From the IMG/VR virus record IMGVR_UViG_3300020037_002418: a DNA stretch of 64,000 nucleotides; one strand, written 5' to 3'. The notes beneath the pieces are model-generated. The model saw only the letters and a program-made list of their open reading frames with translations, did no database searches and had not been told where the DNA came from. Below, in pieces: positions 9,179 to 17,702 of this stretch (position 1 is the first letter of the stretch; every line of letters starts with the position of its first letter). The position numbers and the translations under genes are program-made. This DNA comes from an uncultured virus (IMG/VR IMGVR_UViG_3300020037_002418) (lineage: Duplodnaviria > Heunggongvirae > Uroviricota > Caudoviricetes).

Positions 9179-9448
9179 ATGGAAAAGAATCACACCACCA
9201 TCGAATCGGTCTTGTGCCGCCTGGAGGCCAAAGAGGTCCAGGGGGCCGCTGATCGGTTCGAGCAACTCCACGATGCCATGATGGAGGGCCTGAAGATGCA
9301 GATGGACGTCTCCAATGGCCAGTTCTTCCGGGCTAAGAAGCCCATGCTGTCCTTGCGGGACTTCGGCCTGTTGCTCACCCGCATCGGCCTGTCTGCCATC
9401 GCCGCCAGTGAAGACGAGGACGGGGAGGACAGCCATGAAGATGCCTAA
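9179..9448 (+). CDS. hypothetical protein
   Basis: AGGAG RBS; acidic tail. Confidence 0.55.
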   Translation: MEKNHTTIESVLCRLEAKEVQGAADRFEQLHDAMMEGLKMQMDVSNGQFFRAKKPMLSLRDFGLLLTRIGLSAIAASEDEDGEDSHEDA

Positions 9449-9740
9449 CCCCGACGATATCGACCCGGCTGAGTTCAAGCTGGCCGTGGATAAGACCGAG
9501 GAGTTCTTCGAGCAACTCACTTGGAAGTTCCTCAAGGCCCAAACAACCGTCGATACGACTGATAAGGCTTGGAAGCTGGCCGCCGTCATCGCTGAGGTGG
9601 GTGACCAGGTGAAGGAGAAGCTCGGCGTCTCTGAGGATGACTGGGCCAAGATGTTGATCATGGGCGGCTGCTCGATCCTGGCTGCTGGTAAGCACGTCCA
9701 GGAGAAGAGAGAAGCTAAACGCCGGGCTGAGTGGAATTAG
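9435..9740 (+). CDS. hypothetical protein
   Basis: GGAGG RBS; ends KRRAEWN. Confidence 0.6.
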   Translation: MKMPNPDDIDPAEFKLAVDKTEEFFEQLTWKFLKAQTTVDTTDKAWKLAAVIAEVGDQVKEKLGVSEDDWAKMLIMGGCSILAAGKHVQEKREAKRRAEWN

Positions 9741-9852
9741 TCTGGTGCGTTAGTGTTCGTTGGACGTGCCAGAACGGGCACCCCATAGGGAAACCTGTGG
9801 GGTCCCTATTCTGTTTCGTCGAAGCAGAGTGTCACAAACCAGGAAAAAGACA

Positions 9853-11556
9853 ATGGCTAAAGCAGTTGCAGAGCAGCCGGAATTGTGTCTCGACGACAAG
9901 AACCGGGAGTTGATGGGCATGGTCGGGGACCGGAAGATGTCCGCCCGTGACCGAGCCAGCAACGCCGTGTTCAACATCACCGAGTACGGCATGGACTTCA
10001 TCCCCGCCATGACTCAGATGATCATGGACCGCGATGAGTCCGGTGGCATGGACGAGATGATCAAAGAGTTGGGGAAGGAGCCGCTCAATACCGAGCGGTA
10101 CATCGGCCCCGCCAAGATGGATGGTGTCGGTAAGCTGGGCCGGATGCTCTCGGGCACCACCTACGCTTGGGTCACCGCCAAGGATGGCATGGTGGCTCTG
10201 CCAGTGTCCACGGATGTGAAGGGTCTCCAGCAGGGCGACATGGTGCTCATTAGTGGGAAGGTCCAGCGGATCATCGGTAAAGACGCTGAGGCCCAGAACA
10301 TCGGCATCATCGTCACGGTGGAGGCCATCCCCGAGACCACTAAGGGTCAGATTCAGCAGATCATCGTGAAGATCGGTGAGCTGGTGCAGTCGGCCTGGCT
10401 CCATCACAGCCTCTTAGCGAACCCCCCGGCTATCGGCTCCAAGGTCATCTACGACGAGAAGCACCGGTTCGTCGTGGGCATGGCTCACACCGAGACCAAG
10501 GGCGAAGAGCTGCTGTCCAACATCGACAGCCTCCAGACCGTCCGGCGTCACCAAGTTGGCTCTCCGCATCCGGTGGCTGAGCAGGTCGTGAACCACTTCC
10601 GTGATGCCGTGGAGCATCCGGAATGGCTCAAGCAGCTCGGCTCTCGGGACCGCAAGAGCTACCTGTTCGTGGGTGGCACCGGTGGTGGCAAGTCCTATCA
10701 CATCAAGCTCATCTCCACGGAGATCCATGACCTGGTGGAGCAGTACACAGGCCAGCGTCAATCGCGGGTCTTCCTGTGTGATGCCTCGCAGTTCTGGAGT
10801 CCCTACTTCGGAGAGACTGAGCAACGCATCACGGCCTGGGCCAAGAAGATCGAAGCCCTGGGTCAGAAGAAGGTCATCTCCAAGGACGGCAAGGAGATTG
10901 CCATGCCGATCCTGGGTGTGATCGAGGAATGCGAGGCTCTGTTCCGTACCCGTGGTGGTGACCAGAACGCCTCGGGGCATCTCTTTGATCGGGTCCTGTC
11001 GCTGCTCTTGCAGAAGCTGGAGTCGGCGGAGAACGCCATTGGGGTGCCGATTGTGTGGGTCTGCTCCACGAACCGTCCGGACCTGATCGACGCGGCTGCC
11101 ATGCGGCGTATTGGGATGCGGAAGGCGATCTTCGGCAACCTGAAGCGTGACGGTGCTGATCAAGTTCTGGTGGCCAAGACCAGCGACCTGGGTAATGTCG
11201 GCACCAGCGAGGACTTCATCCAGCAGGTCGTGGACTACATCTACGATTCCGAGGACGGCCAGAAGATGGCCGAGGTGACGTTCCAGGACCGCAGTAAGCG
11301 GATACTGCATCGTCGGGATGTGGTCACACCGGCTGTGCTGGAAGAGGCTGTTAGCTCGGCCGTGGATCAGTGCATGACCAAGAGCCGTGAAGCTAAGAAG
11401 CTTCAGCGGGTCTCGGCAGCGGATGTGATCTCCTTCCTGGATAACCACTTCCGGCACTTAGCTCGGACCCTAACCGAGTACAACGTGCCCGAGCATTGCC
11501 CCGAATGGTTCGCGGAGGACGCCATTCCTGTTGGGGCTGTGAAGGTCTTGAAATAG
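9853..11556 (+). CDS. ARC/Mpa-like proteasome-type AAA+ ATPase
   Basis: Walker A GGTGGGKS, pore loop SPYFGETEQRI, Walker B-like VIEECEALFRTRG, SRH STNRPDLIDAAAMRR, ARC-type C-terminal EVTFQDRSKRILHRRDVVTPAVLEEAV, N-terminal tandem OB-like segments. Confidence 0.8.
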   Translation: MAKAVAEQPELCLDDKNRELMGMVGDRKMSARDRASNAVFNITEYGMDFIPAMTQMIMDRDESGGMDEMIKELGKEPLNTERYIGPAKMDGVGKLGRMLSGTTYAWVTAKDGMVALPVSTDVKGLQQGDMVLISGKVQRIIGKDAEAQNIGIIVTVEAIPETTKGQIQQIIVKIGELVQSAWLHHSLLANPPAIGSKVIYDEKHRFVVGMAHTETKGEELLSNIDSLQTVRRHQVGSPHPVAEQVVNHFRDAVEHPEWLKQLGSRDRKSYLFVGGTGGGKSYHIKLISTEIHDLVEQYTGQRQSRVFLCDASQFWSPYFGETEQRITAWAKKIEALGQKKVISKDGKEIAMPILGVIEECEALFRTRGGDQNASGHLFDRVLSLLLQKLESAENAIGVPIVWVCSTNRPDLIDAAAMRRIGMRKAIFGNLKRDGADQVLVAKTSDLGNVGTSEDFIQQVVDYIYDSEDGQKMAEVTFQDRSKRILHRRDVVTPAVLEEAVSSAVDQCMTKSREAKKLQRVSAADVISFLDNHFRHLARTLTEYNVPEHCPEWFAEDAIPVGAVKVLK

Positions 11557-11632
11557 ACGGTTTTTCACGGCTCCCTCTCGTCGCAAGGTGAGAGGGGCCT
11601 ATGAACCATCGTTACTCACTCAGGAGAATCCC

Positions 11633-11992
11633 ATGATTGAAGGCTTGAAGATCCGTATCACCTCCGAAGAGCTCCAAAAGCACTGCCAGGAGCGTTCTAA
11701 GTACCACACAGATCGGGCCGCCCAGAAGCAGGGTGAGCTTCCCGGACTCAAAGAGGCCCTGGACAAGATCAAGGCCAGTGGCATGAAGGCCGCCGAGTCC
11801 ATGGCCAGTATGGGCGGCAAGGGCAGCTACCATCTCGACACGTCCGACCCCATCGAGGACCTGGAGAAAGACATCCGGGACCACCAGAACAAGGCCATCG
11901 TGTTCTCGTTCTTCGCCGGCCATCTCTTTGATGAGGTTTATGTGCTTCAGGAAGCGGATTTGACCCGTCTGGAAATCCTGAAGCGTTGGTAG
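11633..11992 (+). CDS. hypothetical helical protein inside the Ub-like cassette
   Basis: AGGAG RBS; coiled-coil character. Confidence 0.65.
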   Translation: MIEGLKIRITSEELQKHCQERSKYHTDRAAQKQGELPGLKEALDKIKASGMKAAESMASMGGKGSYHLDTSDPIEDLEKDIRDHQNKAIVFSFFAGHLFDEVYVLQEADLTRLEILKRW

Positions 11993-12105
11993 AGACGTGG
12001 TTTCACCGTCTCCCCTCTGCATAGCACAGCACTACTCCGGTAGTGAATCTAGCCAGAGGGGAGCGTCTGAAGTTTCGTCACTTCGAATCACTAAGGAGCA
12101 TGTCT

Positions 12106-12867
12106 ATGGACATAACGATTCACGGCACGAATGTGCACTGTGGGAAGGTCGCGCTGGGTAAGCCTACGACCAGTGTGAGCAAGTTCTGCCAGGCCATCCA
12201 GGAGTCCCGTATCACGGGCATGGACCCCGAGCCCATTCCAGACTGTGTGAAATGGATCTGCCGCAAAGGCCGTTATGAGGTCTACATCTTGGAGATGAAG
12301 CCCGAACTACGGTTGGTTAGCTGGGGAGCAGATGGCTACGAAGATGACGAGGGCGATTGGATCTACGAGCACAATCAAGGCTCCACGCCCTACACCGTGG
12401 CTACGCCGTACGTGGTAATGGCCATAAGAGTCATGGAAGGTCGGGCTTACGGCGTTCCATGCACGTTCTACCGCAACGAACCCCTGAAGAGCCTCGATGA
12501 CACGCTGTTCCAAACCAACCTCATGAACGTCGGGGTACAAGGCTACACCTGCGTGCATCCCGAGTTCACTAGCGACATGAGCTTGGCGGAGCAACTGGGG
12601 GAGATCGTCAACGCCTTCTGGTCGGGGGAGTTCAACGGCCACATGAGTGGCTCCAACTGGCACGAGTATGTGGAAAACGGCAGCGATTACCGGCTCCACA
12701 GTATCGAGGACTGGCAGAAGGCCTCTCTGAAGGACCCGAAGTTCGTGCTGGATGTGAAGTGGATGGGCGGAACCTATTGGACGCCCCGAAAGATCATCGA
12801 AAACAACCTGGGCGTGGCCGTTCCCAAAACCTCCCCTTACCTCGCCAATCAGATGCTGATGTCCTAG
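12106..12867 (+). CDS. prokaryotic E2-like protein (family D / PRTRC-B-like), free copy
   Basis: ATPYVV...FYRNEPLKSLDDTLFQTNLMNV...YTC...FWSGEFN; paralogous to the next gene; AAGGAG RBS. Confidence 0.65.
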   Translation: MDITIHGTNVHCGKVALGKPTTSVSKFCQAIQESRITGMDPEPIPDCVKWICRKGRYEVYILEMKPELRLVSWGADGYEDDEGDWIYEHNQGSTPYTVATPYVVMAIRVMEGRAYGVPCTFYRNEPLKSLDDTLFQTNLMNVGVQGYTCVHPEFTSDMSLAEQLGEIVNAFWSGEFNGHMSGSNWHEYVENGSDYRLHSIEDWQKASLKDPKFVLDVKWMGGTYWTPRKIIENNLGVAVPKTSPYLANQMLMS

Positions 12868-12929
12868 ACGCGACCCAACGAACGCACTTCACGGAGGGAG
12901 TGCTTTCTCTTGGTTTTCGTCACCCTCAC

Positions 12930-12978
12930 AGCGAGTCGAAGGGGTGTACGTCACCCCAGACGCAGCGTTGTGTACTCA
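12930..12978 (+). promoter_or_regulatory. conserved hairpin leader, copy A
   Basis: AGCGAGTCGA-[GGGGTG tacgt CACCCC]-AGACGCAGCG..TGTACTCA; second copy at 17236. Confidence 0.6.
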
Positions 12979-12995
12979 CCAATGGAGTTCCTGTT

Positions 12996-14126
12996 ATGAA
13001 GATGAAGAAGCATGAGCTAAAGCAGAAGCCGGCTGACGACACCGAATCGTCCCCACCGGCTGACAACACCCCCGTGGCCAGTAAGAACGTCACTTGTTCT
13101 TACGGCATCCACCGGGGCAACTTCCCCATTGCCGGCATGAAGGTCAAGGACGCCCGACGGGTGCTCCGCAAGCTCATCAAGGTCGATGATTCAGCAGCGG
13201 CTGTCATCAACGGCTCGGTGGTCGATGAGGATGAGACCATCTCATCTGAGACCACCATGCTGAGCTTCGTGAAGCCCAGTGCCGTGAAGGGGGCCGGTGA
13301 GACCATCACACTCTCGGACAAGACCGTCGAGGGTGTCGGCAAGAAGATGAACGTCGCTAAGTTCTGCGACCTGATCTCTAGCGTGGTGGCTACGGGCCTC
13401 AGTCCGGAGCCGATCCCCGACAATGTGAAGTGGATCGTGCGGGCCGGCAAGCTGGAGGTCCTAATTGTCGAGCTGAAGCCCGAACTCCGGCGTATCCAGT
13501 GGATCGCTGAGAACGGGGTGAAGCCTGATATGACGACCAGCAATGGCCAAGGCTACACGTTCCGCAAGCTGGCCACGCCTTATGTCGTCATGTCGGTGCC
13601 GTTCTGGGACGGGCAGCTTCATCCCGCTTTGGAGCTGTTCTACCGGAACGAGCCGCTCACCAGCCTCGACGACCCGCTCTACACCTGCAACCTGCTCAAT
13701 GTGAGCATGGGTAAACTCCTGGATAAGAATGTCGGACTCAAAACCTGGGTCTGCACGCAGTTCCTGGAGCTCCCCAAAAAGGCATCACGGGCGGATATCC
13801 TGTCCGAGATCATCAGTCACGTCTTTGGGGGTGGGTTTAACCGCTCCAGTGACCACAACGAGGGAGCCAGCGGGTTCTCCACGTACGAGAAGGCCTTCAA
13901 GGGCGGCAATCCCAGTTGCAAGATCGTCAGTGACGTGAATGCCTGGGAGAAGGCGTCGGAGAAGGACCCCTACTTCACGCTGGATGTGGACTGGCTCAAG
14001 GCCGGCTGCACGCCTCGGGACCTGATCGACTTCCGCCTGAAGCAGTTCAAGGTGGACAAAGGCCCAACCACCTCCACGGCCATCGGCAACCTGCTGCTGG
14101 GCGTCAAGGAAGAGGTGCAGTTCTAA
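12996..14126 (+). CDS. ubiquitin-like (beta-grasp) domain fused to a prokaryotic E2-like domain
   Basis: NVTCSYG...FPIAGMKVKDARR...AVINGSVVDEDETISSETTMLSFVKPSAVKG (Ubl ending in KG at 13292), then an E2-like part LATPYVV...FYRNEPL...LYTCNLLNV...WVC...GGFN. Confidence 0.7.
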   Translation: MKMKKHELKQKPADDTESSPPADNTPVASKNVTCSYGIHRGNFPIAGMKVKDARRVLRKLIKVDDSAAAVINGSVVDEDETISSETTMLSFVKPSAVKGAGETITLSDKTVEGVGKKMNVAKFCDLISSVVATGLSPEPIPDNVKWIVRAGKLEVLIVELKPELRRIQWIAENGVKPDMTTSNGQGYTFRKLATPYVVMSVPFWDGQLHPALELFYRNEPLTSLDDPLYTCNLLNVSMGKLLDKNVGLKTWVCTQFLELPKKASRADILSEIISHVFGGGFNRSSDHNEGASGFSTYEKAFKGGNPSCKIVSDVNAWEKASEKDPYFTLDVDWLKAGCTPRDLIDFRLKQFKVDKGPTTSTAIGNLLLGVKEEVQF

Positions 14127-14179
14127 ACCGCCACCATCTCACCACCATCTGCATATCAAACATCCACAAAGGAAACCAC

Positions 14180-14938
14180 ATGATCTATGAAACTACCGGG
14201 GTCTTTAAGACCCAACAACTCGAACCGCTGGAGATGAACCACGCCCGCTACATCATGGCGGCTGACGGTATCTACTACGAACAGAACGACGATCTGTTCC
14301 ACGCCAACACCCTCGTCAAGGAGTTCTACAACCCCCTCAACTTCGGCTCCATGAATATGCTGAAGGGGAAGGAGTTCTTTGAGCCCCGATTCCCCATCCT
14401 CCCCAAGGAGCTCTTGGAGCAGTGCCTGGGGTTCTTCACTCGCATCGAACTCACTCACGATGCCGAGTGCGGCCTGGTCCTGCTGTACGACCCCAACACC
14501 ATGGAATACTCCTGGTGCTGCCCCGAGCAGGAAGGCGGGGGCTGGGACCTGAAGTTCACCGTCCCGGTCCCTGGCAAGGACTACGACGAACGGCTGGTCC
14601 ACTTCGGGGACGTGCATCTCCATCCAGGGATGTCGGCCTACCACAGTGGCACCGACCATAGCGACGAGATGACAGCCAGCGACGGCCTGCATCTGGTCGT
14701 GGGGACGCCTACCGACCACAAGGGTGGCTGGTGGGACGAAGTCGAGAAGAAGTGGCACAAGTCCACCAAGAAGCTGGCCAACGAGTACTGTGCGGTGTTC
14801 GTGTCCGATGGCAACCGCTTCAAGATCGACCCCGCCGTGATCTTCGAGACCACCGACCTCACTCCCAAGCCCTTCCCCAAGGTGTGGCTGGAGAAGTTCA
14901 CGAAAGCCAAGAAAGGACAATGGGCCTATGGAGTCTAA
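14180..14938 (+). CDS. JAB/JAMM (MPN+) metallopeptidase
   Basis: AEC...GDVHLHPGMSAYHSGTD fits E-x(n)-HxH-x7-S-x2-D. Confidence 0.85.
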   Translation: MIYETTGVFKTQQLEPLEMNHARYIMAADGIYYEQNDDLFHANTLVKEFYNPLNFGSMNMLKGKEFFEPRFPILPKELLEQCLGFFTRIELTHDAECGLVLLYDPNTMEYSWCCPEQEGGGWDLKFTVPVPGKDYDERLVHFGDVHLHPGMSAYHSGTDHSDEMTASDGLHLVVGTPTDHKGGWWDEVEKKWHKSTKKLANEYCAVFVSDGNRFKIDPAVIFETTDLTPKPFPKVWLEKFTKAKKGQWAYGV

Positions 14939-15731
14939 ACTCACGGCTATCGAGCAGATCCACGCCCAACTGGATACCAGTGTGGTGACCAGAGGGCGGG
15001 TCGTGTTCATTGGACTGGGGGGCGTTGGTAAGTACGTCTCCCAGACCGCCGCTACCTTCCTGGCGGGCCTCCAAGGGGCCATGCCAGACAAGGAGACCAA
15101 CTTACTCCTGGTCGATGGTGACGCCTTCTCGTTCTCCAACACGTACCGCATGGACGTGCCGGAGTTCGGGAACAAGGCCGAGGCCATCGGCAAGGGGATG
15201 CTCCACAGCTACGACGTGCCCGGCTTCTCGGTTCGCTGGAAGCCCGAGTACGTCACTAAGGACAACATCTCCCAGATCATTCAGTCCGGGGACTGCGTGT
15301 TTCTGTCGGTGGATAACCACGCCACCCGGAAGCTCGTCAGTGAGCACTGCCAGACCTTGCGGGATGTGGTGCTCATCTCCGGTGGTAATGACGGGGTGGA
15401 GGACGGAATGCGGGGTACTTACGGCAACGTCCAGGTGTATATGCGGGAGGAGTGGGACGATCTCACGGCCCCTCTGACGCAGTTCCACCCAGAAATAGCC
15501 GACCCCCAGGACAAGGCTCCCTCGGAAATGGATTGCTTGGAGTTAGCTGCGGCGGGAGTCCCGCAGATCTGCCTCGTGAACCTTCACGTTGCCTCGTGGA
15601 TGCTGAACTCCTTAATGCGTTTGATGCTCCCCGTGGAGGGTGAGCGAATGTGGGATGAGGTCGCATTTGACATCATCGAAGGAGTCTCTAATCCGCAATG
15701 GATTAGCGGACCACGGATGGAAGCTGAGTGA
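14928..15731 (+). CDS. E1-like ThiF/MoeB family adenylyltransferase
   Basis: IGLGGVG, LVDGD...SN..R, NKAE, SVDNHATRK, ISGGN and a putative catalytic Cys in EMDCLE...PQ...N. Confidence 0.9.
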   Translation: MESKLTAIEQIHAQLDTSVVTRGRVVFIGLGGVGKYVSQTAATFLAGLQGAMPDKETNLLLVDGDAFSFSNTYRMDVPEFGNKAEAIGKGMLHSYDVPGFSVRWKPEYVTKDNISQIIQSGDCVFLSVDNHATRKLVSEHCQTLRDVVLISGGNDGVEDGMRGTYGNVQVYMREEWDDLTAPLTQFHPEIADPQDKAPSEMDCLELAAAGVPQICLVNLHVASWMLNSLMRLMLPVEGERMWDEVAFDIIEGVSNPQWISGPRMEAE

Positions 15732-16007
15732 GGATGCTCTAAGGCAGCCCGTAGATACACGTCTATGGGCTGCTCTGTGATCACCCTTAAAGGAGGAGAC
15801 AATGGAAGAAGAACGAAGACCAATTATTTCTCCGCACTCCCATGACGAGCTTTACAGGGAAATAGCCGAACTCAAGGGCCAAAGAGACAACCTGGCCATG
15901 TTCGTGAAGCGGCTGATGCGGCACGTCCCAGATGGCTTGAACGTCAGCGTCAAAGAGCAGGCCGCCAATTACCTCAAAAAGCACGGCTTGGAAGGGAGCA
16001 TTCTCCG

Positions 16008-16439
16008 ATGAAAGACATCTACGACGGGTCCTATCTGACCACAGATCCCGATGGGGGCCTGCGGCGGAAGCGACCTATAGACGACTTGGTTTGCGACTTC
16101 TGCTGCCAGAAACTCGGGGACACGTGCTGGACCTATCCCTGTGCGGAGATGGACCTGCCGCTCACGCTCGATCCCACAGGACTCCCGGCCAAGTCCGACG
16201 ACGCATGGGCCTGCTGCGAGGACTGCCACCCAATGGTGGCTGCCAAGAATTGGAGCAAGCTAGCCGAAAAAAGCCTGAATACCCAGCTTCAGGAGGCAGG
16301 CCTGACGTTCAAAGGGCTTCCGTTCCAACCCCACCTCTTGGACGTCCTCAATGAGATTGTGGCCCATCTCGAGCGGTTCGATGCCCACCGCATTGGCGAG
16401 CCCTACCAAGAACACGCCCCTTACACGGAGCATAAGTAA
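16008..16439 (+). CDS. Zn-binding hypothetical protein
   Basis: CDFC...WACCEDC motifs. Confidence 0.6.
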   Translation: MKDIYDGSYLTTDPDGGLRRKRPIDDLVCDFCCQKLGDTCWTYPCAEMDLPLTLDPTGLPAKSDDAWACCEDCHPMVAAKNWSKLAEKSLNTQLQEAGLTFKGLPFQPHLLDVLNEIVAHLERFDAHRIGEPYQEHAPYTEHK

Positions 16440-16863
16440 TGCACGACCTAGCCATGGACGAGATCGAGGAGCTGAAAAAGACTATCGCCGACCTAGAAGA
16501 GGCCCAGAAGCGGTACTCCACCGCCCTGATGGTCTACGACGTCACGGTAGCCTGTCTGGAGCCCTTTCTGGACGACAATGGCATGATGGGCGGTCAAATT
16601 AAAGCCGCCCGCACGGCCTTCACAGAGGCCACTGGTGAGGTGCCATTCAAGCTCAGGAAGTTCAAGCAAGCGGAGGATTTAACGTGACCGACGAGCAGAC
16701 AGACAAGATGGCGGAGTTGATCGGCAAGATCATCGGAGCCAAAGAGAACCTGGAAGCCGCCCAAAAGGCTTTTGATGCCGTGAAAAGTGAGGTGGAAGAG
16801 TTTCAACGGGCGGTTGCAACCTCTGTCCCAGGAGCCTAGAATCCCTACTCGCAAGGAGACGTT

Positions 16864-17235
16864 ATGGACAACAAATTAGCCCACCGTGATGACCTTCCCA
16901 TGGATGTCGTGGCGGAGTTAGAGAAGCAGATCGGGGAGTTGTATCCCGGCTTTAAGGTCGTGTTCGCTGGGGACGCCCCGGCTAAGGACCAGACCGACAT
17001 GGCCAAGCTCACCGAGGCCCTCGATAAGAAGGCTGCTCGGAGCTTCTCGGATGGTTCCTGCATCGACTGCGGAGCCATCATGCCGCACTACAACCCCGAT
17101 GACAGTGATTGGGTGCCTGAAAAGGGCTGGGGCCAGTTCAACCGAGTGGGCACCGGTGAATTCATGGGGTATCAATGCCCCGCTTGCAACTACGAGGAGA
17201 GTGACGGCATCCCCCGGCCCGTCAACCTCGACTAG
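16864..17235 (+). CDS. Zn-finger hypothetical protein
   Basis: CIDC...CPAC; AAGGAG RBS. Confidence 0.6.
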   Translation: MDNKLAHRDDLPMDVVAELEKQIGELYPGFKVVFAGDAPAKDQTDMAKLTEALDKKAARSFSDGSCIDCGAIMPHYNPDDSDWVPEKGWGQFNRVGTGEFMGYQCPACNYEESDGIPRPVNLD

Positions 17236-17282
17236 AGCGAGTCGAGTGATGTACTCATCCAGACGCAGCGATGTTGTACTCA
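17236..17282 (+). promoter_or_regulatory. conserved hairpin leader, copy B
   Basis: AGCGAGTCGA-gt[GATG tact CATC]c-AGACGCAGCG..TGTACTCA. Confidence 0.6.
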
Positions 17283-17339
17283 ATAAGGATCAACCCGATG
17301 CTGGTTCATCGCAGATTCCAGCTCACAAGGAAACAGAAG

Positions 17340-17546
17340 ATGGTCGCTATCATTCGTGAACCCACGCACACCTTCAGCATCCGCGTCCCGGAGAGCCTGT
17401 ACCGGCTCCTTCGTAAACGCAGTGAAGAGTTGGAAGTTCCCCAAAACCGACTCATACTCGAAGGCCTTCAAACCCGCCTAGGAGATAGCACAGATGCTGC
17501 CACACCTAACACCAGCCGGAGCGGTGAAGCGTCAAGGACTCGATGA
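17340..17546 (+). CDS. ribbon-helix-helix DNA-binding protein
   Basis: TFSIRVPESLYRLLRKRSEELEVPQNRLILEGL. Confidence 0.65.
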   Translation: MVAIIREPTHTFSIRVPESLYRLLRKRSEELEVPQNRLILEGLQTRLGDSTDAATPNTSRSGEASRTR

Positions 17547-17702
17547 TGGTTACCACGGGAGGCCCCGTAACCCTCCCCTTCGCTTAGAAGTTCTCTTAGA
17601 TGCCTATCTGGCCGGCTATCGCCTTGGCCGAGACCAACGCAACATCGAAATCAAAGACGGCACTCACCACACTCTATTTGCAGATAAGAAAGGCAGCGCA
17701 GC

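Noticed and set aside
12759..12995. Extended N-terminus of the 455-aa ORF
   Set aside because: It overlaps the previous gene and the hairpin leader; GGAG before ATG 12996 gives a better start
9832..15488. Long antisense ORFs opposite the ATPase, JAB and E1 genes
   Set aside because: They are shadows of GC3-biased + strand genes and have no motifs
14180..15731. Reading ThiF/JAB as thiamine or molybdopterin biosynthesis, or as CBASS Cap2/Cap3
   Set aside because: No ThiG, MoaE, sulfurtransferase, CD-NTase or effector gene is nearby, and E2-like and Ubl genes are adjacent
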